DNA of 64,000 nt from Botryllus schlosseri (GCA_051294905.1 CM119378.1:2668001-2732000), one strand, 5' to 3'; numbered from the stretch's first letter, positions 1-11,974 are shown. The notes: a model not told the origin generated them from the sequence alone. A program made the numbers and translations.

Positions 1-211
1 AGGGGGGCGCGCCACCCAGTTTGAGAACCACTGTCTTAGAATTATCATGTTGAAATATACTAAGAAAAATTTGAATCAAGTCCCTGCATTAATTTGATTT
101 TTAGTACGCATTTTATCCATATTTAAAAAGGTTTCTTTTGACTCTCGCGGGCCGCACAGAACAGTGTTGCGGGCCGCATGCGGCCCGCGGGCCGTAGTTT
201 GCCCACCCCTG
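1..211 (+). mobile_element. Right end of a composite non-autonomous hAT element (outer TIR ...gtttgcccacccctg, inner MITE end ...gtttgagaaccactg at ~33)
   Basis: Colinear with 51560-51777, including the nested inner MITE end followed by tcttagaattatcatg. Confidence 0.85.
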
Positions 212-212
212 C

Positions 213-318
213 TCTACGCTGTGGGTAAATTGTGAGCGGAACAGGTTTGTAAAAAGTCATTGCTGTACTTGGTGGCCTATTATTTTAGTATTATTTGCCA
301 AGAATGCCTACAGCGCAG
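213..318 (+). pseudogene. Candidate signal-peptide exon (...CCTWWPIILVLFAKNAYSA|G)
   Basis: Open frame with hydrophobic core and A-x-S-A end, followed by a phase-1 donor cag|gtcagt. No ATG is visible (MITE end immediately upstream). Confidence 0.35.
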
Positions 319-689
319 GTCAGTTCAGAGTAGGGATTCTGGTTTAAATCTGGCTGATTTAAATCAGTGTGCTTTAAATCATTTGTTTTTCGTTTTTTTT
401 TAAATTTCAACGTTTTGATTTTATTGATTATTTTTTTTTCAAATTTTTGGACGAGATGCGTGAATGTGGTTAATTATCGGACAATCATGTGCATTTTATA
501 TAAACCGCGGATAGCATCTCGTCAGCGGCACTGGTATAGTCCAGCTATTTGACAGACAGACGGGAAAAGAGCAAAGAGCGATAGTCAATCAATATGTCAG
601 CGTTTTGCTGTGGATACTAGTTGGTTGTCTGCGACATGCTGCTGATATTTCCGAGTCACTGGTGGGATACCGCAAAAGAAGCCCCATTT

Positions 690-1265
690 GTTCTCCCGGT
701 TTTACAACAAAGTAACGTCATTTATGAATTCAAGTGCCACTGCGGTACGTAGGGAGAACTTCCAAACGGTTGCAGGACCGTATTAAAGAACACATCCCAC
801 CGTCTGTCAAATCTTATATCTGGAAATCGCAGCATAACAATCCGCTTGTTCTCGAACATAACCAGGCCATGGGTCAAAAATCTTCTATCGGCAAACATTT
901 ACTAGAAAATCATACATGTGCTGCTAACTACCACGAAGACATGTTCTCTGTATTGGCTAAGGGTCGCAATTTATTTCATTTGTCTGTTCTTGAGTCCACC
1001 ATCATCACTATGAGTAAACCCAGTCTATGCCAACAAAGAATTTGTGTGTCATTTGAAAATCGCGCATTAACTTGTTTTGCTTCGCTATCTCCATGCCAAC
1101 GCTTCAGTTCTCTCGTTTTCCTAATTTTGTATATTTTCTGTGTGACGTCATAATTAGCGATATATATTGTTGTTGAACATAGTTATTCGAATTCTCGCAA
1201 TACTGCTGACGATATCCCCTGACGAGGGTCAGCCGAAAAGCTTCGGGAATAAATATGAATATTTT
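690..1265 (+). mobile_element. 5'-truncated Penelope-like element: GIY-YIG endonuclease C-terminus plus pseudo-LTR
   Basis: SNVIYEFKCHC(frameshift)YVGRTSKRLQDRIKEH...SSIGKHLLEN...LSVLESTII..KPSLCQQ is the typical PLE GIY-YIG layout. A hammerhead motif follows, as in PLE pLTRs. Confidence 0.85.
1205..1251 (+). ncRNA. Minimal type I hammerhead ribozyme with intact catalytic core
   Basis: CTGACGA 1219-1225, G-C closing stem II, GAAA 1235-1238, palindromic stem III AAGCTT 1238-1243, cleavage triplet UUC ending 1244, helix I tccc/ggga. Confidence 0.8.
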
Positions 1266-1387
1266 ACCCAAATGTGTTATGATGTTGCGCAATCCGGAGT
1301 CTCTATCGAATTCGAGAGATTCCCTCATCTCCGATCCAGTTTGCTGGCAGAAACCACTCCATTGATCAAGATGAAGATGCAACTATT

Positions 1388-2240
1388 CACTGGTCAACAC
1401 ACAATTTGGTGCCAAGAAAGTTTCAACGGTTTTAGGGTGTATTTAGGTCGCTGAATCCGAAAATGACATTAGTTTTTTCGAATAGACCCTATTCTTTGAG
1501 ATATTCCACATTTTTGTTTGGGAAAGTGCTCAAAATACGCAAATTTTGGCATAGCTAAATTTTCCTTAATATACTACAACTTCGATGAGTTCACATCTGT
1601 CTCTTCAAGTGTGTGCAAGTGCATACAGTATTGGTCTATTTCTGAAACGATATCGTTGAAGACGCAATCGTTAACACACAGAGCCTTCTATATGTGAGTC
1701 CTGTTTCATGTGAAAACCAAGCAAAAATGATAAAATCAGGCGATAGTCGCGGTAAACAACATATTTTTCAAAATCAAAACAGGTGCCGTCAAAGCCCAAA
1801 CACTACGTTCAGTAACGCTCAAAGTTCAGTAGTAAGCTGTCAAAGCACTCTAATCAATCATATACCTCCATTTTCAGTAAAAGTCCTTCGATGTCTTTGC
1901 AGTAAAAAAGTTTAAATACGGAAGTAATTATTTCTCTCTTGTACGGTAAAATGTTATTCAAGCTCCTGTTCGAGGGCAGTTTTTGTCTTTGAGTCGGGTA
2001 CTTCCTCAGAGTGAGGCACATATCGCCGAGAAGATTCTAAATCTACGTAATTCCAGGTATTCTACTTATGACGATTAAATAAAATAAATAATAAAAAAAA
2101 TACAAAATATCGATATCTCAAAAAGTAGAGCCAATTCAGAGAAACGGATGTCATTTTCGGACTCAGCAGTCCAAACATACCTAGAAACCATTAAAATATC
2201 TTTGGCACTAAAATAAAACATTTTTTTTCGTTGGTCAGTG
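1388..2240. mobile_element. Non-autonomous DNA transposon with CAC...GTG ends and ~120-bp imperfect TIRs (Transib/Chapaev-like)
   Basis: cactgg... and ...tcagtg termini. gctgaatccgaaaatgacat (1450) is mirrored by atgtcattttcggactcagc (2148). TSD unclear. Confidence 0.65.
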
Positions 2241-2519
2241 TTATGGATGGTTCCGATTTCACTCAACATGTTTCCTCGCTACTAGAACAGATTAGTTACG
2301 ATTCTGGCGACCCATCATCATCACATAGGTTGAACGTTTTCAGATATCTGGATGATAATTCACAGCCCCACATTATTGAAGTTTAAGCGTAATCCTTCAT
2401 CACATTGATTGACATGGTCGTCATTCTAGCCATTTTCTTTTGTACGTGTTGTTGTTATTATGAGTAAAAAAATCACAACCATCATGATTTGAATTATTTA
2501 ATTAATTAAAATCGATTTT

Positions 2520-3338
2520 AATCGAGGACAAAATGTTTTTGACCGGAACCCTAGTTCACAGACTTCTTGCTCTCGCTGGTGTATTTGCTGTCTCTGACTG
2601 TATTGATGTAGATGTCGATTGAATCCAAATTTTCGAGTTGATTTCAAGTTATCAGGTAAATCGCTGTGCCCATTGGTACATGTTCCTCCCACGCTGATAC
2701 GATCTGTGTGAGCAACCATTCATTTAACAATTGTTCAGCTTGGTTTTACTGAGCCTCCGTCGGTAAGTCCCAAATAAATTGACCGCAAGCTAAGTTTGTA
2801 TGTTTGTGGTATGCATGGCGTTTTCCGACCACTGGTCATTTACGTTTGGTCGATATTCATCATTTTTATTTCATAGCTGCCGACTTGTAACACGGCGGTG
2901 AGATGGCGAGGAGGAGCCTAGATAAACCTCCAACACTTAGGTAGGAATTCTGGAATCGACCTCGGTGGGACTCGAACCCAGACCTATTGGTGCTTGTCTC
3001 AGCTTTCTCAGTTTTCATATTTCATCATCTATTTGTCGGACAGTTACCGACGTGGCCTACTATATAGTTATACGTATATGCGAGTCATAGGCTACAACGC
3101 CTCTTTGAAGTAAAATTGACTTGATGTTCGTTTCTCGATTAAAAATGAATAGTAAATCAATCTGCACTTCAATAATCTTGCAAGATGCAATGGCTTGAAT
3201 CATGCCTTCAACCACGAAAATTCGACATGGCTGGCTTTGTGACTTAAATCGGGACTTGACTCGACTTGACTAGACTTTGCTCGAGTCAAAATGTTCAATG
3301 ACTCGAACTGACTGGTGAATCGAGTTATTCCAACACTG
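2520..3338 (-). mobile_element. Degenerate copy of the (gagtcaagtc)n hAT MITE family
   Basis: Ends in tccaacactg with gacttgactcg repeats. Internal part is the reverse complement of 38340-38560. Confidence 0.7.
2885..2990 (-). mobile_element. tRNA-derived SINE fragment
   Basis: Pol III B-box/T-arm gggttcgagtcccacc on the minus strand (2964-2979) with no complete cloverleaf. Confidence 0.55.
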
Positions 3339-3412
3339 GCTCAATGTTTTGAAATTGCTCACAATCTCAAAAGTCAAGATCAGAATAAAGATGCGGTATT
3401 ATGTGTTTGCAG

Positions 3413-3553
3413 GCATTATTCCTACCAATAAACTATTTTGGAAAGAAGGTGAAGAGATATATGTAAGCATGAGCGACTTCCCAGTCATTGTGCTATTTTA
3501 TGGAAAGCGTCCATCTTCTGAGATCAGATTACGATACAACTTCACAAACTTTG
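3413..3553 (+). pseudogene. Receptor paralog A: second half of CUB-like ectodomain exon (GIIPTNKLFWKEGEEIYVSMSDFPVIVLFYGKRPSSEIRLRYNFTNF)
   Basis: tttgcag| acceptor and g|gtgagg donor, phase 1/1. Splice sites and peptide are conserved with 53755-53889. Confidence 0.75.
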
Positions 3554-4359
3554 GTGAGGGCGATAAATATAGATTATTCTACCTTGTTAAATGAAGTCTT
3601 CAGTAGATTTTATGGATTCAGCGCTTAGGTGAAATTCAATCGGTCAATACCCAGAATACGACAATCCAGTTGTATCGACGTACATATTGTCATGACGGGA
3701 CGTAGATATATTTTTCACAAAGTCTTCTACAGGGCTGGTTTTCAAAATTTCTTATTTAGGATACTGTCACTTGATACATATTGCTGTTGTTACATATGGC
3801 GATTCGGAAAAATAACAGACTATAGCAAGACTTGATATATTCACCACGTATAACCAGTATGCGCTCTCACATAGATGAGGCGTTATCAAGAGCAGACTCT
3901 ACGGTGATCTCAACCATAGCAGACAGTGCTCCGACATCATCAGACGCCTATGTTTCCAGTACACTCAGGGTGGGTTTCAAATAGTCGACTTAGGCCCGTC
4001 GTCGGGCTTAAGCTACACCCCTCAGGCTGAAGTCGGTTTCAAAACTGTGACTTGAAGGGATTTCCCCTCCAGCGTGCGCTTTGTTAAGACAGATATCCAA
4101 GCCAGCCAGGGGGTAGGCTGAAGTCAACAGTGCTGATAACTGTTGTGCTGTTTGTTGAAGGATACTGGCCGTTCTTCTGATGTATAGTTTGGCAAATCAG
4201 ATTAGATCATTGTATATTGATGTCAGGCAGTTTGGAACAATGTTTATATCACAAACGTGACAAGTTGGTATCATATACCGCTATAGTGGGATTTACAGTG
4301 GAATGCTGCAGGGGTCTTCGTATACTGAACGGATTTCAATTCAAATGGATAGCCAGAGC

Positions 4360-4689
4360 CCTGAGGCACACAGGACACATCAGCACTTCTTCCATAACCG
4401 CACCATATAGTATCAAGCAATGTTCCCCATGACCACCATAACCCGCGTTCGCTGGCTCCAATCGATTCGGTTACGAATATGATATGACTATGGTTACGAG
4501 ACACGGGAAGTGATATTTGGGGTAAGGCGTAAAGGTGTGCCTAGCGTTGGACTTGCGAATCCCACCCATTTTGGTAAAGAAAGGTCAGCGATAAGAATCC
4601 GCTACGGGTAATGATGCTGATCAGTAGTCATGGGGAACATCAGTTAATATAGTGCATGTATCGAAGAAGCCCCAAGATGAGATTTTAGG
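4360..4689. mobile_element. Small foldback/MITE nested in the Harbinger
   Basis: atgttccccatgaccac (4420-4436) mirrored by gtagtcatggggaacat (4624-4640), with further imperfect arm extension. Confidence 0.5.
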
Positions 4690-5190
4690 TTGCGGCAGAT
4701 CAACAGATCCTTTATTGATAGCCTACGTGCTACGTCAACTCATCATTATAGTTTTCTCGACTGGTTACGTCTTTTAACTTAGGCACGTTGACGTTTTGAC
4801 AGTTTGGCTTTGCTGTGGTTATAGCCAAAAAGTGAACACACGACGCGTCACCAGAAAATGGAAAATATGTATCATGCTCATTTCGTTGAGCCTAATCAAT
4901 GTTGCACCACTTGCACGCAACTGTGATTGATTGCAGGGTTCCCCTCAATATCCATTTTCGCTCCACCCCTATGAGCATTGTCATAAATATGTTTAACTGC
5001 TACTTTCTACAATAGTGCCGACTACATGGAACTTTGATCAATATGTGTCTATTCAACCAGCATTGTATTGATATTCCTTTCACTGCACGCCCATCGAATT
5101 TCAGCATAGTGGATAAAGATCCAGAAGTTTCGGAAAGAAAAATGACATGACTTTGCATGAAGTTGTTAGTGAATTGCTATAGATGTGAAG

Positions 5191-5365
5191 CAATGTTCCC
5201 TCTAATTTTTGACGAGTCTGTGGGTACACTCAAGAACTCACTACGCAGACCCTCGGAAAACAGTGCGTAACGACTAAAAAAGGGTCATGACTTCAGATTT
5301 TCTGTGTGCATAAACCGTGTCAGCACTGCGCATTTGCGCATGTATGCAGCTGAAAGGGGCCATTG
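5191..5365. mobile_element. hAT MITE (caatgttccc... family). Relatives at 21666-21899 and 46697-46887
   Basis: 8-bp TSD atgtgaag on both sides. Confidence 0.85.
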
Positions 5366-5470
5366 ATGTGAAGTGATATATGCCAATAATCTTCAAAGTG
5401 CAGTACATGCTAACGCTACAGTAATCCAAATTTTTTGAGATATATGTCAATTCAATATTGATTTTCACAG

Positions 5471-6240
5471 ATTTGCTACCCAGTCATAGTATCATCATAG
5501 TAGCATAATCAGTCAATGTAAAAATTATTATATAGCTGTGCAATGTGGCACCAGAGTGAGCTGCAGGCTGTGAAACAAATGATAGCACCATTCTTTTGGA
5601 ACACAGAGAAAATCAAACAAGCAGTGATGTGCCAAGCCATCAAATAGGTATTTATCTATCTATCTGTATATGTGAGTGTGAATGCGCATACCAATATCCA
5701 GTTTCTTTTATATTAAAGGTTTTTCTGAAAGCACTTTGCTCGAGCTTTTTCCAGTTCCTCACACGGTGATACCAACACTGGGCGGTAAGTATGTCATTTC
5801 CATTCATATTTATACCATGCTTGATAAGTTGTTTTTTGATAGATGCTGACCCATCTGATCTGCCAACTTATGGAGTAGCAGTTGGGAGCTGCATCTGCTA
5901 GTTGTTTTGGCAGCAACATTTCCAACCAAATCAAGGTAAATTTGCATTTATTACTGGATCGTCAATTGTCTGTTTGTTATCTCATTATTATTGCTATTAA
6001 CATTCGTATGGTTTGCAATAGACTATTGAGTTTTGTATGGATAGCAACAGTATAAAAATTTAACAATGTGTTCGAAATTCATCAGTTATATCTCTACAAA
6101 CAGCTCACCGAAGTCCAGGCCCAAAGTCAACTACGAAGAAGCGAAGATTTGAAAATCAGTGATGAAGCAGAAGAGAATGAAACAAGTTGAGCATGGTCTC
6201 AACGTTAATAATTATAGAAGATGCTGAACAACATTAATTT
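5471..6240 (+). pseudogene. Decayed spliced accessory gene of the Harbinger (probably the Myb/SANT-type partner)
   Basis: Run of short ag|...|gt exon-like blocks (about 5471-5647, 5719-5784, 5843-5935, 6104-6240), convergent with the transposase. Identity is inferred from Harbinger architecture, no domain recognised. Confidence 0.4.
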
Positions 6241-6499
6241 TACACTAGCCGAATCTAGAGTCAAAACATGTCTTTTGTACATTTGATTCAATTTTGTTCA
6301 GCTGTTCATGTTCGCCTGCTTCAGTTTTCCAAGCCCCTTGCAATAACTTCGCTATCTTGTGTCACAAGTTTATGAACTTGGAACTTACTTAAAGCCATAA
6401 TGCTCATTTTACCTCATTTTAACGTGTCACAAGAAATAAAGCACGAGTATGTTTTTGAAAGTAATCAAATGTATTGCAAACAAGAATACCCATGAATGC

Positions 6500-6965
6500 T
6501 AGCTAGAAAAAATCTCTAGATCCTGCGTTGTCGTGCAGATTTCTCTGTAGGAGTCGATACCAAGCGAGTGCGTTCAACGCTTCCAGTTGCAGTATTCAGC
6601 TCCATCTGCCTTGTCTGCATTGCTCTGATTGTGAAGGCAGAGGCAGGCTATTGTCATATCGATATTCTGAGGTCCTTCCTTGAATATAGCCAATGCGCTC
6701 TGCCAGAGGGTAACAATATGTATGAAAACAATAGTGAATTTTTTCGGTCAAAGTTCTTGGGCATAATAGTGGCGTGAGTAAGTGAGTCAGTCCTCAGTGG
6801 ATATTCAGCATCTCCAAGAGCATAATCTTCATCATTAGTTATGCCAAAATGCTGGGCAGTTGTGTCTTCAAAAATCGGAATCACAGCCGCACTATTTCTT
6901 CGAATACTTTGCGATAACGTGCTGAACATCTGCCAGTTACTTCCTCGGGGTTCCGTTCTGATCAT
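6500..6965 (-). pseudogene. Harbinger (HARBI1-like, DDE_Tnp_4) transposase C-terminal relic
   Basis: YALGDAEYPLRTDSLT (LGDxxYPL motif) and, after frameshifts, IACLCLHN. Confidence 0.8.
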
Positions 6966-7777
6966 CCGTACGTAAATTTCAACAACTCAAGCAATTCCAT
7001 ATTCCTTCGCTGCATCGCTATACTCAACATCAGCGAGCAACTCGCAAGAAACAATAACAATCTGGCCTCGGTTCCGTGTTGAACTCGCTACAGCGACGAA
7101 GTAGACAGTAATTACTCGCAACTAACAGACTTGGCCGAGCCCGGCGCCAAATTGACATTTGAAACCGATCTAAGACCGCCGACGCCTGACGTCTTGGGCA
7201 AGTCATTCACTGGCCTTAAGCCAGGTCTAAATTAAGACAACTTTTTGAAACCCACCCTCAACACTGCGAATAGTAAGTCGCAGAGACTCACGTGAAGAGC
7301 TATTCCCGACTGAACAACAGGATCCTGTTTCAGATAAACTATCTTGGCGTCGCGAAAGTAGAGGTGACATCTATCAAATCTTATCCATTGTATTGGGAAG
7401 TCTGCTGCTGATCCAGTGATCGTGCTAATATTAGCCCTAGCAAGGTAAGAAATACTATTTGTGCTCACGGAAGAAAGCCATTCTAGGATATGTTCGTTAA
7501 TTATATACCTGCTAGTCACCCAAGACCTGAGTTAAGGTAGAATGTAAGCAATATGTAGAAAACGGTAATTCACTGTCAAATCCTATGCCACCCAGAGTTT
7601 GGATTAGGATTAGCCCTACACAAAAAGTATTGTTCACCTGCACTCGTCTTCATTATCGTCATTTTTCTTATGATCATTGTTGTGCATTCAAGTATTGCAA
7701 TACAGTGTAAGAAAGGAAGGAGTCGTATCGAATTGGAAAAGTCAAAAATAATAATCATAATAATCATATTCTGCGAC

Positions 7778-7973
7778 TTTTCATTCGCTCAAGACATACA
7801 GTGCACATTGCGATACACAAGACACACTGTGATGTGATGAGCTGACGGAAAGATGTTTTCTATCGTGCTGTTGAAAAAAATGTGACATCGCACTATCTGT
7901 TTATAACATCGCATTGCGTCTCGGGTATCGCATTGTACATTGGCGTCTTGCTTGACTCTTGAGTGGACGAAAA
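7778..7973. mobile_element. Short foldback MITE in the last intron of paralog A
   Basis: Arms ...tgcgatacacaagac... / ...gtctcgggtatcgca.... The right half is also seen at 55170-55235. Confidence 0.55.
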
Positions 7974-8260
7974 TAATAGAACCGCTGATATGGAATAATA
8001 CTAGTCTGGTACCAGCACAGGCTTTGAATGCAATTTATTGCTATTGTAAGCCGATATGATATTTGTATAGTTTACTTCACTCATATAGCCTACGTTGTTC
8101 CGACAACGTGGTGTCTTATACTGATCTATAAGGTCTTAATCTCGAGTTGTTTGGAATTGATAAGATATTAATCGAGTGACCGCATGAATATTGAGATGCT
8201 GCATGATGCCTGCTTGTTTAGTATAGATCACGTTACGACTTTAATTTGAAATCGAAACAG

Positions 8261-8396
8261 CAGGCGAAGGCTGCAGAAGTTTCTGGAGAGCCCGATAGTC
8301 GGAGAGGGCAACACTGCAGATTATGCGACGGTGACTAATACCATCACTACAGGAAATGTCAAAGAAACCCGACTCAATGACCTCTATCACATATAA
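8261..8396 (+). pseudogene. Receptor paralog A: terminal cytoplasmic exon (S)RRRLQKFLESPIVGEGNTADYATVTNTITTGNVKETRLNDLYHI*
   Basis: aaacag| acceptor in phase 2 matches the TM-exon donor. Basic juxtamembrane run. TAA conserved in copies A, B and C. Confidence 0.75.
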
Positions 8397-9058
8397 TATG
8401 GTAAATCCCACAGTCTTCAGTGGAAACCAATCCGTTTGTAGCACGGAATCGACGTCAACGGGAATCTGGAAAGCATCATCCGGACCCAATTGTGTAACAA
8501 GTTTGGGCGTAGGTAGCCAGGACGCAAGTTCAAGATATTTTTCAGCAATTTCGTGACGATATCGCTTTACTGAGACTTCAAGTGTATAACGTCGCAAATC
8601 CAAAAGCGGAGGGGCTGTGACCAAGATTATAAAGGTGTCTGCGACTGGAGATGAAGTGGACTCGATGCCTCTGTTCAGCTCGATATTGGTTGGGTCAAAA
8701 TTCTTTCGTAAATCACATCGTTCCGCTTGTAACTTATGTCTGTTTGCAGTGCAGTTCAATATACCTGAATGCTATCACCAATGGTTGTTGGTTCGAGTCT
8801 CGATTCTGTCATGTTTCTATGTGTCGGCGGATTATCTGGGCTCCTCATCGCTAACTTCGCTGCCTTAGCAGTGTTTCGAAAAGTCCAGAGTGATGGTGAG
8901 CCGAGCCAAGAAAGTCAACAGTAATAGGCCAAGTTGCGGTCGCATGAAAATCGAGAGAGACTGATGGTGGAAGAGCGCGTGCATGGAAGTCGTCTGTAAT
9001 ATGACGAAAATACCGTAATACTGAAATTAATGTATTGGGTGCAATTGACCGTATAGGC

Positions 9059-9400
9059 CAGTGGTTCCCAAAGTGGACGCCAGCGCCTCCCGGGGGCGTT
9101 CGCGACCGTTAAGGGGGCGCTGGCCATGAAATGGACGATTGGGGGGGGGGGAGGTCGTTGACTATAAAATCTGGTGATAGAGGGCGCTGAGAGCAAATGG
9201 GGGGTGGTGTAGGTTTGGAAGGAAATTGATGCGTAGTGATGAAAAGAATGATGAATAAAGCAGCTAAATTTGCAGTAAAAATGCAAAATCGATCACTCAG
9301 TGCAATTTAGGGTCGTCCGTACTCTATTTAATTACCTGTACCGGAAAAGTCCATTGTTACTTGACAATGTTGATCCTGCCCATCAATGGACTGATTTAGC
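9059..9400 (+). mobile_element. hAT MITE left end (cagtggttcccaaa, gggggcg repeats)
   Basis: TIR and subterminal motifs as in 53157-53563. Right end not found. Confidence 0.55.
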
Positions 9401-10222
9401 AGTCGGCAGAATTCCTAGAATGCGTGTGCTGTGAGAACTACGAAGTATTTGAGCAGTTATTGTTCACTGCAAGGTGTGATGTTTTTTAGAGAAACTGTCT
9501 TGCGTGATTTTAATCTTCGCTTCAAACGATCATGGATAATCCACAATGCTTCGACCGAGGCCTTCGACACGACGTAGCCTACTACACGAGAGACGATATC
9601 CCTTCTGGGCCTACTTGATGGGCATATTCTCCAAAGTTTATGAGTAGAATATCTCCGTTCTTAGTAGTAGTTAAACCTTATAAAGATGAAAACGGCACTG
9701 TCAGTGATAAACCCATGATATTTCACCGAAATTTTGCGAGACGCGATCTGTTTCAATTCTCAAACTTGCATGAGCTACCGGTCCAGCTCGAATACCCGAT
9801 TTTGACGGAAAAGCATTATTCAATCATCTTAGAAACTGCACAATAATATGGTGATTTGATTCCAAGATATATTCCGATTATAAATTCCTTACCGGATTAT
9901 CAATCCATTCTGTAAAGTTTCCGAGCATGACATAATTGAGGAACTGATTACATTCAAGTGTGGGAAGAACAATTTTGAGTTCAAACCGAAGTTCAATATC
10001 TCCAATCAATCGTTCTGGTTACACAATTAAATCAAATAGAAATACTCTCACTGGAGTCGGGTTGACTTTTTGTCGTTGCCCTTACCCGCTCATATTTGGA
10101 ATAACGCGTTTTCAGTGCCGTGACAAGGTTTATGGCTCACCGACCTGACAGTACGGGACGTGGAGACTGGAGATTTTAGAATGAGATTGTTCCTATCAAA
10201 ACTCAAACCCATGTGACTAGGA

Positions 10223-11630
10223 CAGTAGTTCTCAACCTTTTTGGCTTCGCGGACCCCTTTTGATTGTCACGGATTCTGACGGACCCCCTCAAGTTTTAGT
10301 TCAATTTCAGCTCTATTATGGTGCAACCTTCATCTGTCTTGTGCAAATATGAACTGTAGGCTTGTGATAAACAGCAAAATAATGATTTTTCTTGAAAATA
10401 ACATCATACTATTTATGTATAAATTGCTGGACTTTTATTATTTCAAAGCTAATTTTGCTGCTGTAGTTCTTGAAGTACGTGGTCGTGTCTTGAAAATCCA
10501 CGTCTTCGTTTTGATATGAACGAGGAGTGCCGTAAACCATTTCCACAAAGATAGAAGGAGGCTAATGCAATATTAACGCATAACGCTTCCGACGATACTC
10601 TTGGTGTGATCGCAACATTTATGGCACCAAAATGAAGAAACACATATTTTATGAACATATCACGTCCAGCATCTAATGCAGGGACGGGCAACATACGGAC
10701 CGCGGGTCGGATTCGGCCCGCGACGACATTTTGATCGGCCCGCAGAGAGTTTCTACCGTCAAAGTGAAATCTTAATCTAAAAGTATAGACAAATTTAATG
10801 CTCCAAAGAATGGATCCAAGTTTTCCAACCAGAGAAAGACTGTCATGAAACGACTTGTTCAGTTCGGGTTTACATATATATTTACGAGCAAACATTTTCG
10901 ACCATGAACAATTGAACATTAACAAGACAAGGCTGCATACCAATATAACTGGTGATGTGAATTTCAGGGTTGGAGCGTAATGCTTTGTAAGCAACGAAAC
11001 ACTCCTCGTTCATAAAAAAATCTGCCTTGTCGATAGGGCATCCGAAATAAGATGCGCCAAATCTGATAGCCGAGCTTTAAGAGCAGGTATATCATTGTCC
11101 GATTTATGACGAGTGTCAGCCGAAAAATATTCGGGTTCATTTCAATATGAAGATACTATTCAATTGTATATTAAAGTTATGTACTTCCAAGAAGCTGTTC
11201 CCTACATTGGTACAAATTATGGAAATACTTCGGAAATTTATATTTCAAACGACTGTTCACTAATTTGATGAGGCTGACAACTTCAAATCGAGAAGGTTTC
11301 GCAGACATTACGAAGTCACCCTGATTGACGTTACTATCTCCATATTTTTATTTTTCCACAAACCCCAACAAAACGTCTCTAAACAGCAATATGTTTGTAT
11401 CAGCAGGTTATTGGAAAATTGGCAATGAAAATGATTTTCCACGCTACGATAGTCCATGTCAGACGATTACTATGATGATATGAGTCGTGAGGTTTTAGCA
11501 GTTGTGGTGCAAAACTGCCTGATGCTTTCTCAAATAAAAAATAAAAATTAGGATATCAACCATTTTAAAAATTTAGATGTCTCGCGGACCCCCTGAAATT
11601 GCTCCGCGGACCCCCGGTTGAGAACCGCGG
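10223..11630. mobile_element. Non-autonomous hAT (Charlie/ZBED5-type) with nested insertions. Relatives at 29201-29900, 27820-28124, 56640-56939
   Basis: cagtagttctcaacc...ggttgagaaccgcgg with degenerate TSD gactagga. Minus-strand hAT dimerisation relic (TTYICGNGVSALVHIKSKAR in the 29422-29622 copy). Confidence 0.75.
11107..11200 (+). mobile_element. 5'-truncated hammerhead-bearing PLE-derived unit
   Basis: tgacgagtgtcagccgaaaaatattcgggttcatttcaatatg, near-identical to 42143-42185. Lacks C3 and the 5' strand of helix I. Confidence 0.75.
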
Positions 11631-11974
11631 GACTATAGGAAGATGATAATAATGCAACGGCTTGATCCGTCTCACTATTAGCTGTAATAAATGCAGAACA
11701 ACTTCCGTTTGAATTAGGCGTTGTGAGGGGGTCGGGGGCGCTGGCGCTGGCGCTTTATTCATTGTCCAAGGAGGCGGTAGCTCAAAAAAGTTTGGGAAAC
11801 ACTGTTTTAGGCCATAAGCGCCATTGTTGTGTGAATAAAACAAACAAACAAACCTGAATGCTATGTAAATTACAAGAATTTAGTCCGTGTGTGGCCCAGC
11901 GTGATATGGTCACATACAATATAGGCAAAGTTATTTCCTCTGTCAATAATGGAATCCATAAAATATAACAAAAT

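Larger units (their letters stand above)
3968..7257. mobile_element. PIF/Harbinger DNA transposon, internally deleted
   Basis: TIRs gggtgggtttcaaa / tttgaaacccaccc and 3-bp TSD TCA (3965-3967, 7258-7260). Transposase relic inside. Confidence 0.9.
3875..7444 (+). pseudogene. Receptor paralog A: stalk + transmembrane exon (3875-3967 and 7261-7444), split by a Harbinger and frameshifted
   Basis: atag| acceptor, DEALSRADST..., ...DIYQILSIVLGSLLLI(fs)VIVLILALA, phase-2 donor ag|gtaaga. Homologous to 54194-54829. Confidence 0.75.

Noticed and set aside
2940..3000. Functional tRNA gene
   Set aside because: Only a B-box/T-arm is present, with no acceptor stem, D-arm or anticodon arm
4217..4504. Extra zinc-finger gene (CPVC, CHVC) in the Harbinger
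   Set aside because: Motifs are in different frames with stops and overlap a foldback arm
8222..8260. Conserved in-frame TGA suggesting readthrough or selenocysteine
   Set aside because: The aaacag acceptor at 8260 places the TGA in the intron
8540..8600. DDIALLRL as a trypsin catalytic-Asp motif
   Set aside because: Lies 3' of the conserved stop in indel-rich sequence. Paralogs read DDSALLRL and no His or Ser motifs are present
8241..8759. 172-aa minus-strand ORF as a real gene
   Set aside because: It is the in-register antisense of the receptor terminal exon. Paralog differences are synonymous on the plus strand, and the minus frame is broken in other copies
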